Assembly: GCA_043228905.1 (NCBI GenBank)
Contig: JBHGNT010000014.1
Span: 13,950,001-14,014,000, forward strand
DNA: 64,000 nucleotides
Direction: 5' to 3'
Source: Azolla caroliniana
Taxonomy: Eukaryota > Plantae > Polypodiophyta
Part shown: positions 23,824 through 34,651 of the stretch, one piece after another
Layout: every line of letters starts with the position of its first letter
How positions within the stretch are numbered: the stretch's first letter is position 1
The notes under the pieces: generated by a model
The model's database searches: none
Told to the model about the DNA's origin: nothing
The model's input: only the letters and a program-made list of their open reading frames with translations
Program-made: the position numbers and the translations under genes

Positions 23824-25956
23824 ATGAAGGGGTCGGATCTTGCAGAGGCCATGGCTTCGGCCGTGGATCGGATATTGAGCACACGCGAGGGCACCGGTGC
23901 CCTCGACAGAGCCATTGAGGCGGTCGTCGGTACGATCGGCCGTTTCAGCGGAAAGGATGCTACGAGGTATTTGGTGTCCTACGGGGCGGAAATGCTGATG
24001 CGGGACATTCCGGAAGAGAGGCGTCTTGCCGGGTTCCCTTGAGTGGCGATGCCGAGCATCCATGCGGAGGTGCTCGAGGTACGGGCGGAGAGCCGTACCT
24101 GGGAGGAGTTCGAAGGCCGACTCCTAGAGAAATATGGGCTGGACGACGCGCTCCGGCTTTCGAAACGGGACTTCATGGAATGGGTGGAGTTCCCCGGCAA
24201 AGGAAGAAACGCGTTGGCACTCCTCCGGGAGTTCGAAGAACGCTTTGCGCGCCTTTTGGCGCTTGACCGAACTATCCTGGATACGAGCCGGGTCCTACTG
24301 TTCGTCAAGTCGGTGGACGAGCGGGACCGGGATCAAGTCGGCTCCTTGCTGGAAACTGAAGACGGGTTGACGACCGACTGGGTTGCGGTTAAGAGTCTGT
24401 GGCCGTTTCGACAAACGGCGAGAATGGGCTGACAACGGGGCGGCCGGTGCGGGCGCTGTTATAGCAAGGAGGCTTGAACCGGCGCCGCAAGTGCGAAGGG
24501 AAGAAACCCGGGAATGGCTCGAAACCGGTCCGGCTTCGACCAGCATGGTCAATGGCTCGTCCGGAGGAGCAGCGCTAGAGGAGTTGACGCGGGCGATAAA
24601 GGATCTCCAGATCGCCCAGACTCGAAGGGAAGGCGGCGAACCGGCTCGTGACCGACGGCCGGTAGCGGGGAACAGGTGCATGTGGTGCGACGAGGTCAGC
24701 CACATTCGGAAGGACTGCGGCGATTTCGCAGAGGCGTTGAGAAACCGGGTGGTGTACCTGTGGGAAGGCCGGGTGCACGGGTGCACGCTGGCGATACCAG
24801 GAGGGCCCTGAGCCGAAACGACGGGCGAGGAGGTATGAAGAGACTGATGGAAGAGGCAGCGGCCCGACACGTGGAGGCCATCCACTACTCGGCATCAGCC
24901 GGTATTCAGGTCGGGGGCAACGAGGCCCGAAAGGAGAGTAAAGACGGTTTCTGGTCGGCAATGCTGGAAGGCCTCGCCGGCGCGCGGCTGAGGAAAGATG
25001 AAACGGACCGCGCTGAGAGACGGGTCCGGGAAATAACCGGGTGGAGCGATCCGGTCGAGGAGAAGACGGGCTTCGTAGAAGCCGCTTGCCGGAACTACGA
25101 GGCTCTCGTAGAAGAAAAACGAGTGGGGAAAGCCGGAGCGGCCGGGCCCTCACAACGGTACGAGACCCGATTCGGGCAACGACGGAACGATGCTGGTGGG
25201 CCCGGCCCGCAAGATAACCCCAGGAAGGGCGGGTACCGACTGGGGACAGAAATAGAAAGGGCTACGGACCTACGAAAGGTCCTAGAAGAACGGATCCTCG
25301 ACAGCAAAGTGGAGCTGTCATTACGGGAGGTGCTAGGGATCGCCAAGAAGGAGTTCCACGACTCCATTGTAGACTTGGTGAAACGGAAGAGACTGTTGAC
25401 GGAGACGGAACCGGAAAAACCGGTGGAGGTGCGGACGACGCACATCGACGACTCGGCGCTGGAAGATGAGTGGGCGGAGAGCCACTATTCGAGGCCACAC
25501 TGGGCCCGAGCGACCACGGAGACCCCGGTAAAAATCGGAGGTGTTCAGGAACCGGTGGTGGCATTGGTGGACCACGGTTCGGAAATAAACCTAATGTCCA
25601 TGGACTTCTATAAGAAGGGAAAGTGGCCGATCAACACCAGGCACGGGTGGAAGATACGGGCGGCGACGCGCGCCACCGAGGAGCTGCACGGGGCCTGCCC
25701 GAATGTGCGAGTAAAGATCGGCGACGTCGAGATTGACCAGCACTTCTTCGTGCAGGAGACGTCCTCGCATCCGGTCATATTAGGGGAACCATACATCACG
25801 GCGGCGAGAATGGAGACCAAGGTGCTGGACAACGGTTCGGCCTACGCGAGGGTCAAAAGCCAGGACGGGCGCCATTCGGTGCAATTTTTGACGGTGCGGC
25901 CGAACCACGAGAGAAACCGCGAGTCCCTCGGTGGCGAGAACCGGGAGGATTTTTAG
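23824..25956 (+). pseudogene. Element F gag-protease ORF, disrupted
   Basis: CGA>TGA at 24040, 2-bp deletion near 24392 relative to H, 8-bp duplication near 24780; CCHC CMWCDEVSHIRKDC; protease motif ALVDHGSEINL. Confidence 0.88.
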
Positions 25957-28900
25957 AGAGGGCTGCCAAGGCGTGGGGCCGAGACAGTCCGGACACTCGG
26001 GAAAGACCCCACGATTGTACGATACGCAGGAGGTTTTGCTTCTCCGACAACGGAGGGTGTATGATGGTCGGCATCGTTGGCCGAGAAAAGACAAGGGCGG
26101 AAGAGCGACTTCGAGCGTGCGGAGTTCTAGGCCCGGACGAGGAAATTAACGGAGCCGTGGAGGCGGTCTCCTTCGACGACACCTTAGGGATGCTGAGGAA
26201 GGTTGCCGGAGAAGACCTTAACGAAGACCGGACGATACCGGTATGTTCCCAAGAGATGTACGAAGTCATTGCGAACTTCAGTCGGGGGCTCGGGTCGGAT
26301 CGGACGGCCCGAGTTAGCACAAAGTACAAGACTGTGGGCCGGAAGGTAAGGCCAGTCGCGGCACCCTTACCGGAGGGCAGCGAGTCCCGGATCAGAGGGG
26401 TTGCGTCGGACCCCAATTTACGAGATCCGGCCTGCATAGGACACACCTTCACCGACGGGACGCTCCGGGAGCTCAAAATCGGTGGGGGCGGGTTCCTACT
26501 GCCGGCGGAGGAAGACCGGTTTCGGAGGATGCTCGGAAGGCACGGGAAAGCCTTCGCATTCTCACCGGAAGAGATCAGGTGCGTAGACCCGACGATCGTG
26601 GAGCCGATGGTGATATTCACGGTACCGCATGTGCCGTGGAATCTCAAGCCGATTCCGGTACCGAGAGCTCACATCCCGAAGTTGATGGAGCTATTGAGGT
26701 AGAAAGTAGATATGGGCATTCTTGAACCGTAGAGTGCCCCATACTCGAACCGATGGTTTACCGTATCGAAGAAAAACGGAACGTTGCGCTTCATTCAAGA
26801 CCTGCAACCGGTCAACAGAGTGACCATTCGAAACGCAGGAATCGAACCGACCATAGACGAGTTCGCGGAGGCCTTTGCCGGAAGGTCGATTTACTCGGTC
26901 GGTGATCTGTACTCAGGGTACGACCAGTTCCAGCTAGCCGTGGAGAGCAGAGACATTACGACGATGCGAACTCCCCTCGGCCTAGTGCGAATGTGTACCC
27001 TGCCACAAGGAGGGACTAACTCGGTGGCTCACATGGTAAATGCAATGAACAAGGTACTGAGGGATTGCATCCCCGACATCACCATGCCATTTCTGGACGA
27101 CATCCCGATTAAGGGGTGCCCGGTGGAGGAGAAGGACGAGACAGTCGGGCCGAACGGATGCCGGCGATTCGTGGAGAAACACATCGACGACTGCGAGAAG
27201 GTGCTACAAAGGCTAGAGGATGCTAGGCTCACCTTCTCCGGGGAGAAATCGGCCTTCGGGCAATCGGAAATCCTGGTAGTCGGACACCTATGTGGGCCAT
27301 ATGGCCGGAAGCCGTCTTCGGCAAAGGTAGAAGCCATCTCCGCGATGAAGACCGACTGTAGCTCGGTTACGGAAGTTCGGAGGTTCCTGGGGGCATGCGC
27401 ATTCTACCACATATGGATCCCGCATTACGCCCACGTTGCGGAGCCGCTATACGGGTTGCTGAAGAAGGGGCAAAGATTCGAGTGGCGAGACGAGCACACA
27501 GGGTCGGTCCGGAAGCTGAAGGAAGCTCTTGCGGCAGCTCCGGCGCTCCGGAAGGCTGTCTACGAGAAGGGTACCCCGGTATACATAACGGTGGATACGA
27601 GCCCGACCGGGATCGGATGGGTCGTCAACCAAGAAGACGAGGACGGCACCCGGTTCCCGATCCGATTCGGCGCTAAGGTCCTCAGTGAGCGACAACGAGG
27701 GTACGCCCAGGTTAAACGTGAACTCTGGGGTATCGTTTCGGCAGTAAAGGCGGACAAAGACTACCTGATCGGGACAGAAGTGATTATCGAGACGGATTGC
27801 CTGCCGATTCTTGGCATGGTTTCCGGATGCGCGACACCGAACCTGGCGATGCTCAGGTGGATAGCGTACATCAAGTCCTTGGACCCAGAGATACGACACA
27901 TTTCCGGAAAGGACAACGCCATGGCCGACATGCTTTCAAGGGCGAGGTTTGATGACGAGGGCGGCATGGTTTCGGAGGACGAAGAAGTCGGCGTGGACTT
28001 CTTCGAGGCGGCGTACGTGACGACCGATGGGACGAGCACTGCGGCACTTAACGACTTCGACGAGAGCAAGTACGACGGCAAGTGGCTCCAGATCGGTGGA
28101 TTCTTGAGGACAATGACGGCGGATGCGTCATGGACGAAGGACGAGGCCAACCGGATCCGGAAGAAAGCATACCGATTCTTTCTCCGGGACGGATACTTAT
28201 GGAAGCACCCGAAGAAGAGGGACGGCGCTCCGCTCCGGGTGGTGGCGATGAAGGAAGAACAAGAGGAGCTGCTGACGGCCTACCACGACAGCCCTTGGGC
28301 CGGACACCGTGGAACCTGGGCCACGTTCGAGAAGATAAAGGGGAAGTACTGGTGGCCGGGACTGTACCGGGACGTGCATCGATTCGTGACAACTTGCGAG
28401 AGCTGTCAGATGCACTCCATAGTCCAACACCGGGATGAACTTCACCCTACGTACCCTCTGACCATCCACTTCAAATGGATGGTAGACCTGGTAACGATGC
28501 CGATAGGAGTAGGACAGATGCGGTATCTGGTCCTGGCTCGGGAAGATCTAACGAACCAGGTGGAAGGCTGGGCCCTTCAGAACAAAACGACTGCGGCCGT
28601 ATGTCGGTTCCTGCTCGAGGACGTAATATGCCGGTACAGGTGCGTCGGGAAGATCGTGGCTGATCGTGGGGAGTTGGACGCCGAAGAGGCCGAGGAGCTG
28701 TTCGACTGGCTAGGAGTCAAGCTCTCGCTTACCACTGCGTACAATCCGGAGGCGAATGGAAAGGTGGAGCGCGGACACGGACCGATCGTCAAGGCGTTAG
28801 TTCGGGCATGCGGAGGTCGAGTCGGGAACTGGCCGTGGCTACTGCCTTACGCGTTGTGGGCTGACCGGACTACGCATAGTTCGGTAACCGGATTCATGCC

Positions 28901-29420
28901 GGCAGAGCTCATGTTTGGGCAGAAGCCGATCATGCCGATCGAACGTACGGTCTCCTCATGGGCAACCGTGGATTGGAGAGACGAGATGAGCCGGGAGGAA
29001 CTGCTGACGGCGCGCATACGACAGCTCGAGCGGAGACCGGAGGACGTGGAGCAGGCTGCGGGAAAGCTTCGGGAAGCAAGGATGAGGAACAAAGCCCGGT
29101 TCGACCGAACACACCGGCTCCGACCGAAGAAGATCGAGGAAGGCGACTGGGTGCTAGTCTACGACAGCGGCCTCGACAACCAGCACCGAGCGACACGGAA
29201 GTTCGCAAGAAGGTGGTTCGGGCCTTACGTGGTACAAAGCGCCAACGACAACGGGACGTACCATCTGGCGGAACTCGACGGTACGAGAATGACGATACCG
29301 GTAGCTGGGAAGCGGATCAAGACGTTCAAGAAGCGTCACGACGACGAGCCGGATCAGGTTGACTTGGACCGCGACGACGAGCGATTCGAAACCGAGGAAG
29401 AACCGACGGGCGGGGAATGA
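25953..29420 (+). pseudogene. Element F pol (RT-RH-INT) in the -1 frame; two in-frame stops near 26700 and 26730
   Basis: FLDD RT motif, TVDTS RNase H, HHCC and DDE integrase, WFGPY motif; no chromodomain. Confidence 0.92.
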
Positions 29421-30044
29421 AGGCTGGACCGGTTTTCTCCGTCCCAACACAATTTGGCGCATGCCGGTGGATGCGCGGTTAGGTGGGGGCGGATGTCGTG
29501 AAGAAAACCGTCCACAAGCGGAATCGGTGTACCGGAGCGTAGAAACCGACTCTTCATGCACGTGCGCCTTAAGTTGTACATAGGAGATCATAGGAAGATT
29601 CGGTAGGTAGGGAGTAAAGGGGAAACGGCTCCTTCCTTGCCTATAAAAGGAGGGAGACGAGGAGAGTAAGGGGATCGCGGTGAGTCGAGGACGAAGTGCT
29701 GTCGGTTTGCGTGCGAAGGCTTCTCTCTCTCTCTCTTTCTGGTTGCAAACGCCATAGCTTCCTTCTGTGCAGGTTTCGGGAGGCCCACGCTGCTCTGAGG
29801 AATGCCCGAGTGCTTCCGGCAGCACCTCCAACCTACTCATTCCCCTCTGTGCGTTTACGAACAGGTATCGGCATCTGTTCGCCGGCCTGTTCGGTTGTAA
29901 CCGACTTCGTGTTTTGTTGTCTTCGTGTTCTTGTTGTTTGTCTTGTCAATACATACATACTTTCGTGTCTTTCTGTGTCGCTGTCCCACTCGCGTCTTTG
30001 CGTCGAAGGGCCGTGTCCCTGTGAATCTACGCTCGCACGTAGTG

Positions 30045-30094
<50 letters not shown>

Positions 30095-32945
30095 TCTTCG
30101 GTACAGGACCCCCGAGGTCCCGCCTCACTCCACGTATCCGCGAGGAATACCTCGACAGCGTCTTTTGGATCTTTTTGCTTGCTTCCCACGCAATTCTAGG
30201 AAGTCGATGTGAGGGATTTTTTTGAACCTTAAGCATGTATTCAACAACCCTTTCCATGGACATGATTTCAATGGGAAGAGATCCCGTCTCAAGGAGGAGG
30301 GTGTAGGGCGTTTGTTTCTTAACTTGTAGAAACTTTGTAAGAAAATGTTTTTGGACATTTTCAAACTCTTTCCACATAGATTTAGGGATGCTACCGCCCC
30401 ATACTTCCACCCCATAGAGAAGAACCGGTGTCACCAAAGTGTTAAAAAGATATTTCTTGAGGACCCAACACTTAATATCTCCAAGATTGCATGTGTTCTC
30501 AAATGCATAGTATGCTCGCTTACCTGCCTCTAAGCAGCGTGTAGCACATTCATTCATCTATGATTTGAAGGAACTTCAACGCCAAGATATTTGAAGCTTT
30601 CCACACATTCAAGTGGCTCATTGTTGTACATAATGCATGGTTTATCTCTTTTTTGGCTCTTCACAAGAATAATCTTTGTTTTAGAGCTATTGACACTTAA
30701 TTTAGTATGCATGCAAAATTTTCCAATGCCTTCATAAGCTTTTGTGCATCTCCTAAAGTATTTGCAGAAAGCACTACATCATCTGCATATAGCAAAAGCA
30801 TAACCACAACATTCCCAATGGCAACCTCTTCAACACATTCTTCCTTTGCAAACTTAGTAACCATTTCTTCCAATTCATGAATGCATAGACCAAATAGTGT
30901 TGGTGAGAGTGGGCATCCTTGCTTAACACCAATAGTGCTTTTGAAAAAATCTGAAAGTTTATCTCTCATGCGCACACAACATATAACCTTCTCATAAAAT
31001 CGGGAAATTGCAAGCATATATTCAGTTGGCACCTCAAGTTCTTCCATTCGCCTCCAAATATCTCACGAGGTACCATATCAAAAGCTTTCTTGAAGTCTAC
31101 AAAGCAACAATATAAACCTTTACCTCTAAGGTGACTTTCCTCCATTAATACTCGAAGGGTGATAAGGTGATTAATGGTGCTATGATGTTTCCGAAAGCCA
31201 GCTTGTCCATAAGCTCTCTTACCATTTTTGTCAGCCCATACACTTATCTTTGATTCCATTATACATCCAAATAGTTTTGCCATTAATGAGCCAACCATGA
31301 TGGTTCGATAGTTGTTTACATTATTTAAATCTCCACCTTTACGTAAAGGTTTGATCCAATTTGTAGTCCAATCGTAGGGCATACCATGTTGCAATGCATC
31401 ATTAAACATATTGCTTATCCATATATGTGCTTCCTTTCCCGTCCATTTGAGCATTTCAGCCTTTATACATTGAAGATCGCTTGCCTTTCGAGAGGCCAAT
31501 TTCTTAAGTCCTATGCATATATCTTCAATTGTAAAGAAGGGAGGCATATGTGAAAGAGAACCATAACACATCATCTTTCTAGCAAGAGACAACTCATATA
31601 AATTCTTACAATGCATAGACAAGTCGTGAAGAGTTAAGTCACCATAACTCTCAACACGTATCCCCTTTAGATTTCCCCAAAATTTAGCACATGCATGTGC
31701 TTTCTCTTGCGTTTGGATAAATTGTTGAGTAACTTCCCATATTCTTCTCTTTCTTTGAATAAGCCTTTTATACTCATGCAAATGCTTTTGGTAATTCTCT
31801 TTATCCTTAACTACATCCAAAACCATAAGGCACTTTCGAGCTTCGCGACATTCTTTATCAAACCATTTTTTCCTAAGTTTCTTGGTGCATTTCCAGGATG
31901 TGCGGTTGGTCGAAAAACATTTGTTTGTACAGGAGAGAATGACTTTCTTGAAAGCTTCCCATTTGCATTCTAGTGTGGCACCATGTTGTATCTTTGTCAT
32001 TTGTAACATATCCTCAACCATCTTGGAATACATGGGTGCTCGCTTAAGGTTCACGCTCCAGTGCAGTTGTTTATTATCCTCCATAGCATTCTCAAAATCA
32101 AACCTATGCATATATTTGAGATCAATACATAAAGGCCTATGATCGGATTCCGGTGTCCATTCACCAAGTGAGAATTTATGTATATGATCCAAAATACCTT
32201 CGGAAAGTAGCACATAGTCAATCACACTATTTCCGTTGTGTTTTCTACCTGTAAAACCATTAGTGTTGGGCCATAAGGAAATACCATTTGCAATAAGCAA
32301 TCCGGTACTATTGCACATTTGTAGGAGTAACTTCCCAAATTGGTCCGGATCTTTTTCATCGCTAGAAGAGCGGCTATACATTTGCATATCCTCTTGCATC
32401 CTTGAGATATGTGGCATGAAAGATTCTTGTGAATCAAGTTAGAAACTTCTTGTACGAGCATTCATGTCACCAAAGACAATAAATTCCCCTTTGGATTTGA
32501 AATAAGCAATATCATCTTCTAGATTGGCAAACGGTTGATCTTTATCCAAACAAGCATAAAACTTAGAATCTTGATGAGGAATGTAACATCCAACTACAAA
32601 AGTGGGCAAATCATTAGGTGTTTCTATTTTGAGCCATATGTAGCATTTATGTTCATCATTTTTTATGATTGACACATATTTCTCTATTTCCTTCTTAATC
32701 AAACATGCCACCCCTCCTTGTCCTCTTCTTTGTCTTGGATTTTTCTTCCATATCAAAGAGTGTACATTATAGTTTCCTAAACCTTGAATCCTTTGAGTAT
32801 CATGCTCCCATGTTTCAACAAGAAGTGTGATATCCGAGTCATCGGTGAACTCCTCTATGCCAAATCCTGCATTCCATGGGTATCCATTGCAATTCCAAAA
32901 GCATAGTCGTAAAAGGCGTGGGTTAGTCTCATAGATCACGTGTCC

Positions 32946-33815
32946 CTATTTGCCTACATTTCCATATTTAGGCACATCCTTAACCTTATTTTTCAATCTT
33001 TCTTCATATGCTTTACGACGAGCATTTTGTTGTGAGATAGTATGATCTTCACTCACAAAGCATTGCGTACCTTTGAGGTATACCCAACTATTTTCGAGTA
33101 TGATCCGCCCCTTTGTATCATTTGTCATTGTGCATACAATAGGCCTTTCTCCAGAGCGAGTAACACCATGTTTCCCAACTCGGTGTGCCCCATATACATT
33201 CACATCTGACATCCCATAATACATGCTAAAAAATTCACCAATGGCCTTTCCAAGGGATGCGGGTGTTTCCATACTCTCTTCTTTAATCCCACGGACGACA
33301 ATGTTCTTTGATTGTCGTTCATGTTCTTTCAATTCTTGGACATCTATGCTTTCTATATTCTTCTCTTGATGCATCACATGCATATTAGATGAGTTTGATA
33401 GCACATCCCCACCACATACATCGGCCCATGACTTTGTTGTACATACATTTTTCATTTCACTTACATCCCGCCTCATCGTGTCCAATTTTTCTTCTTTTAA
33501 TGCTTCCTTTAACTCAATCTTGTTAAGGCGCTCATTTGTTTCGAAAGAAGCTCTTTTACATTCTTGAATCTCTTCTTGAAGTTTTGCAACCACTTGTTTA
33601 AGACTTTCATTTTCAATGACAACACTTTGGAGCTTAGCATTCTCTTTCATTAACGTCCTAATCTCTTCACCTTGCTTGTTTATGGTTTCTTCAAGAGAAA
33701 ACAAGTGACTCATAAGCATTTTGTCCATTGCATTCGAATCAGGATTTGTTGGTGATCTCAACTCATTATCAATCATACCCCCGAACTTTGTGGCGGCTTT
33801 ACGAGTATTTGCCAT
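32946..33815 (-). CDS. LINE ORF1 protein (coiled coil plus RRM-like domain), 289 aa, intact
   Basis: Heptad-rich N-terminal half; NIVVRGIKE, AHRVG, RPIV and FVSEDHT motifs typical of non-L1 LINE ORF1p. Confidence 0.8.
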   Translation of the reverse strand: MANTRKAATKFGGMIDNELRSPTNPDSNAMDKMLMSHLFSLEETINKQGEEIRTLMKENAKLQSVVIENESLKQVVAKLQEEIQECKRASFETNERLNKIELKEALKEEKLDTMRRDVSEMKNVCTTKSWADVCGGDVLSNSSNMHVMHQEKNIESIDVQELKEHERQSKNIVVRGIKEESMETPASLGKAIGEFFSMYYGMSDVNVYGAHRVGKHGVTRSGERPIVCTMTNDTKGRIILENSWVYLKGTQCFVSEDHTISQQNARRKAYEERLKNKVKDVPKYGNVGK

Positions 33816-34067
33816 TGTAGGGACAAACCCTACGGGAAGAGAGAGACAGAGAGGGAAGGAGAGAGAATGTACCTTTCACTCGATTTAGGGCTTCAAAATC
33901 TACCTTGTGTTTGAGGAACCGTGGGGCAAAGATGGCTGCGGATGAAAATGCTCATAACTTCTCGCCACGGTAACAGAATTCAGTAAATGAACATTTTTGA
34001 GAAAGCTCTCTGAAAGAGCTTTCCAACGAGCTATAGAACTTAGAAAACGATGGCCGGAATGAACTTA

Positions 34068-34100
<33 letters not shown>

Positions 34101-34103
<3 letters not shown>

Positions 34104-34603
34104 CGGACACACCAAGCGTGGACTAGGATAGGGCATGGATGATGGGCCTACAAGTGACGGGCTACAAACTTGGAGTTAGAAGTGACGAGGCTAGGAACTC
34201 TAGAATTTGGGAGAGACGATGTGAGAAACTTAAGACACTTGAAATAAACAAAAGAATGATGACAAAGATGACGATCAAGGAGATAAGATGGGGCAAAACT
34301 AGAAAACTGTATTGATGAGTCAATGACTAGTGTTGAATCCCTTGAGAGGAACCATGGAGGTTACAAGTATTTAAACTGTGAGTCAAAGTACATACATTAG
34401 AATATTTTGGAGAATATTTGGGAGAATATTCTAGAATCCTCCAGAACCTTCCAGTTGTAGAACTTTCTAAAAACTCGTAGAACTTGAAATAGATAATCTA
34501 CTAATAATTAAACTATGTATTTGGATGTATTGGTTAGAACATAACACTTGACTACAATATAAGTGGTCAAGAGTTCAAATCTTGACATGACTATTGTCAT
34601 GTC

Positions 34604-34608
<5 letters not shown>
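34101..34608 (-). mobile_element. Solo LTR of chromovirus type with non-canonical TCAC..GTGA termini, flanked by (GA)n
   Basis: Terminal inverted repeat tcacggaca/tgtctgtga; tagaa repeats, gatttgaactcttgacca and ggattcaacactag motifs resemble the B and C LTRs. Confidence 0.7.

Positions 34609-34651
<43 letters not shown>

Larger units (their letters stand above)
23132..30157 (+). mobile_element. Element F: young full-length non-chromovirus Ty3/Gypsy, tRNA-Trp primed (possibly Selgy/Phygy-related)
   Basis: Near-identical LTRs 23132-23779 and 29494-30157 (TGTCG..CGACA); 4-bp TSD GCGT; PBS TGGTGAACCCGACGTGA 23784-23800 complementary to the plant tRNA-Trp 3' end; PPT ggtgggggcgga. Confidence 0.95.
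22490..32945 (-). pseudogene. LINE ORF2 (EN-RT-zinc finger), broken by stops and frameshifts and split by F
   Basis: Fragments 32439-32939, 30966-32417, 30697-31047, 30160-30557, 22889-23130 and 22592-22819; KIQKT|HKSKI rejoins across F; ~82-bp tandem duplication at 22534-22691. Confidence 0.85.
22423..34069 (-). mobile_element. Apparently full-length RTEX-like LINE inserted in the (GA)n tract of D's LTR, itself interrupted by F
   Basis: ORF1, AP endonuclease (FWNCNG, ETW, GGVA, GDMNAR, SDH), RT (QAGFR, FVDFKKAFD, GVKQGCPLSP, LLYADD), C-terminal LRCEIGRW..RLCILC..ESEYHTLIQC zinc finger, (ATCT)n tail. Clade assignment inferred from motifs. Confidence 0.85.

Noticed and set aside
23452-29840. 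Many antisense or overlapping ORFs in F (likewise in G and H)
   Set aside because: Expected in GC-rich coding DNA; no recognisable motifs.
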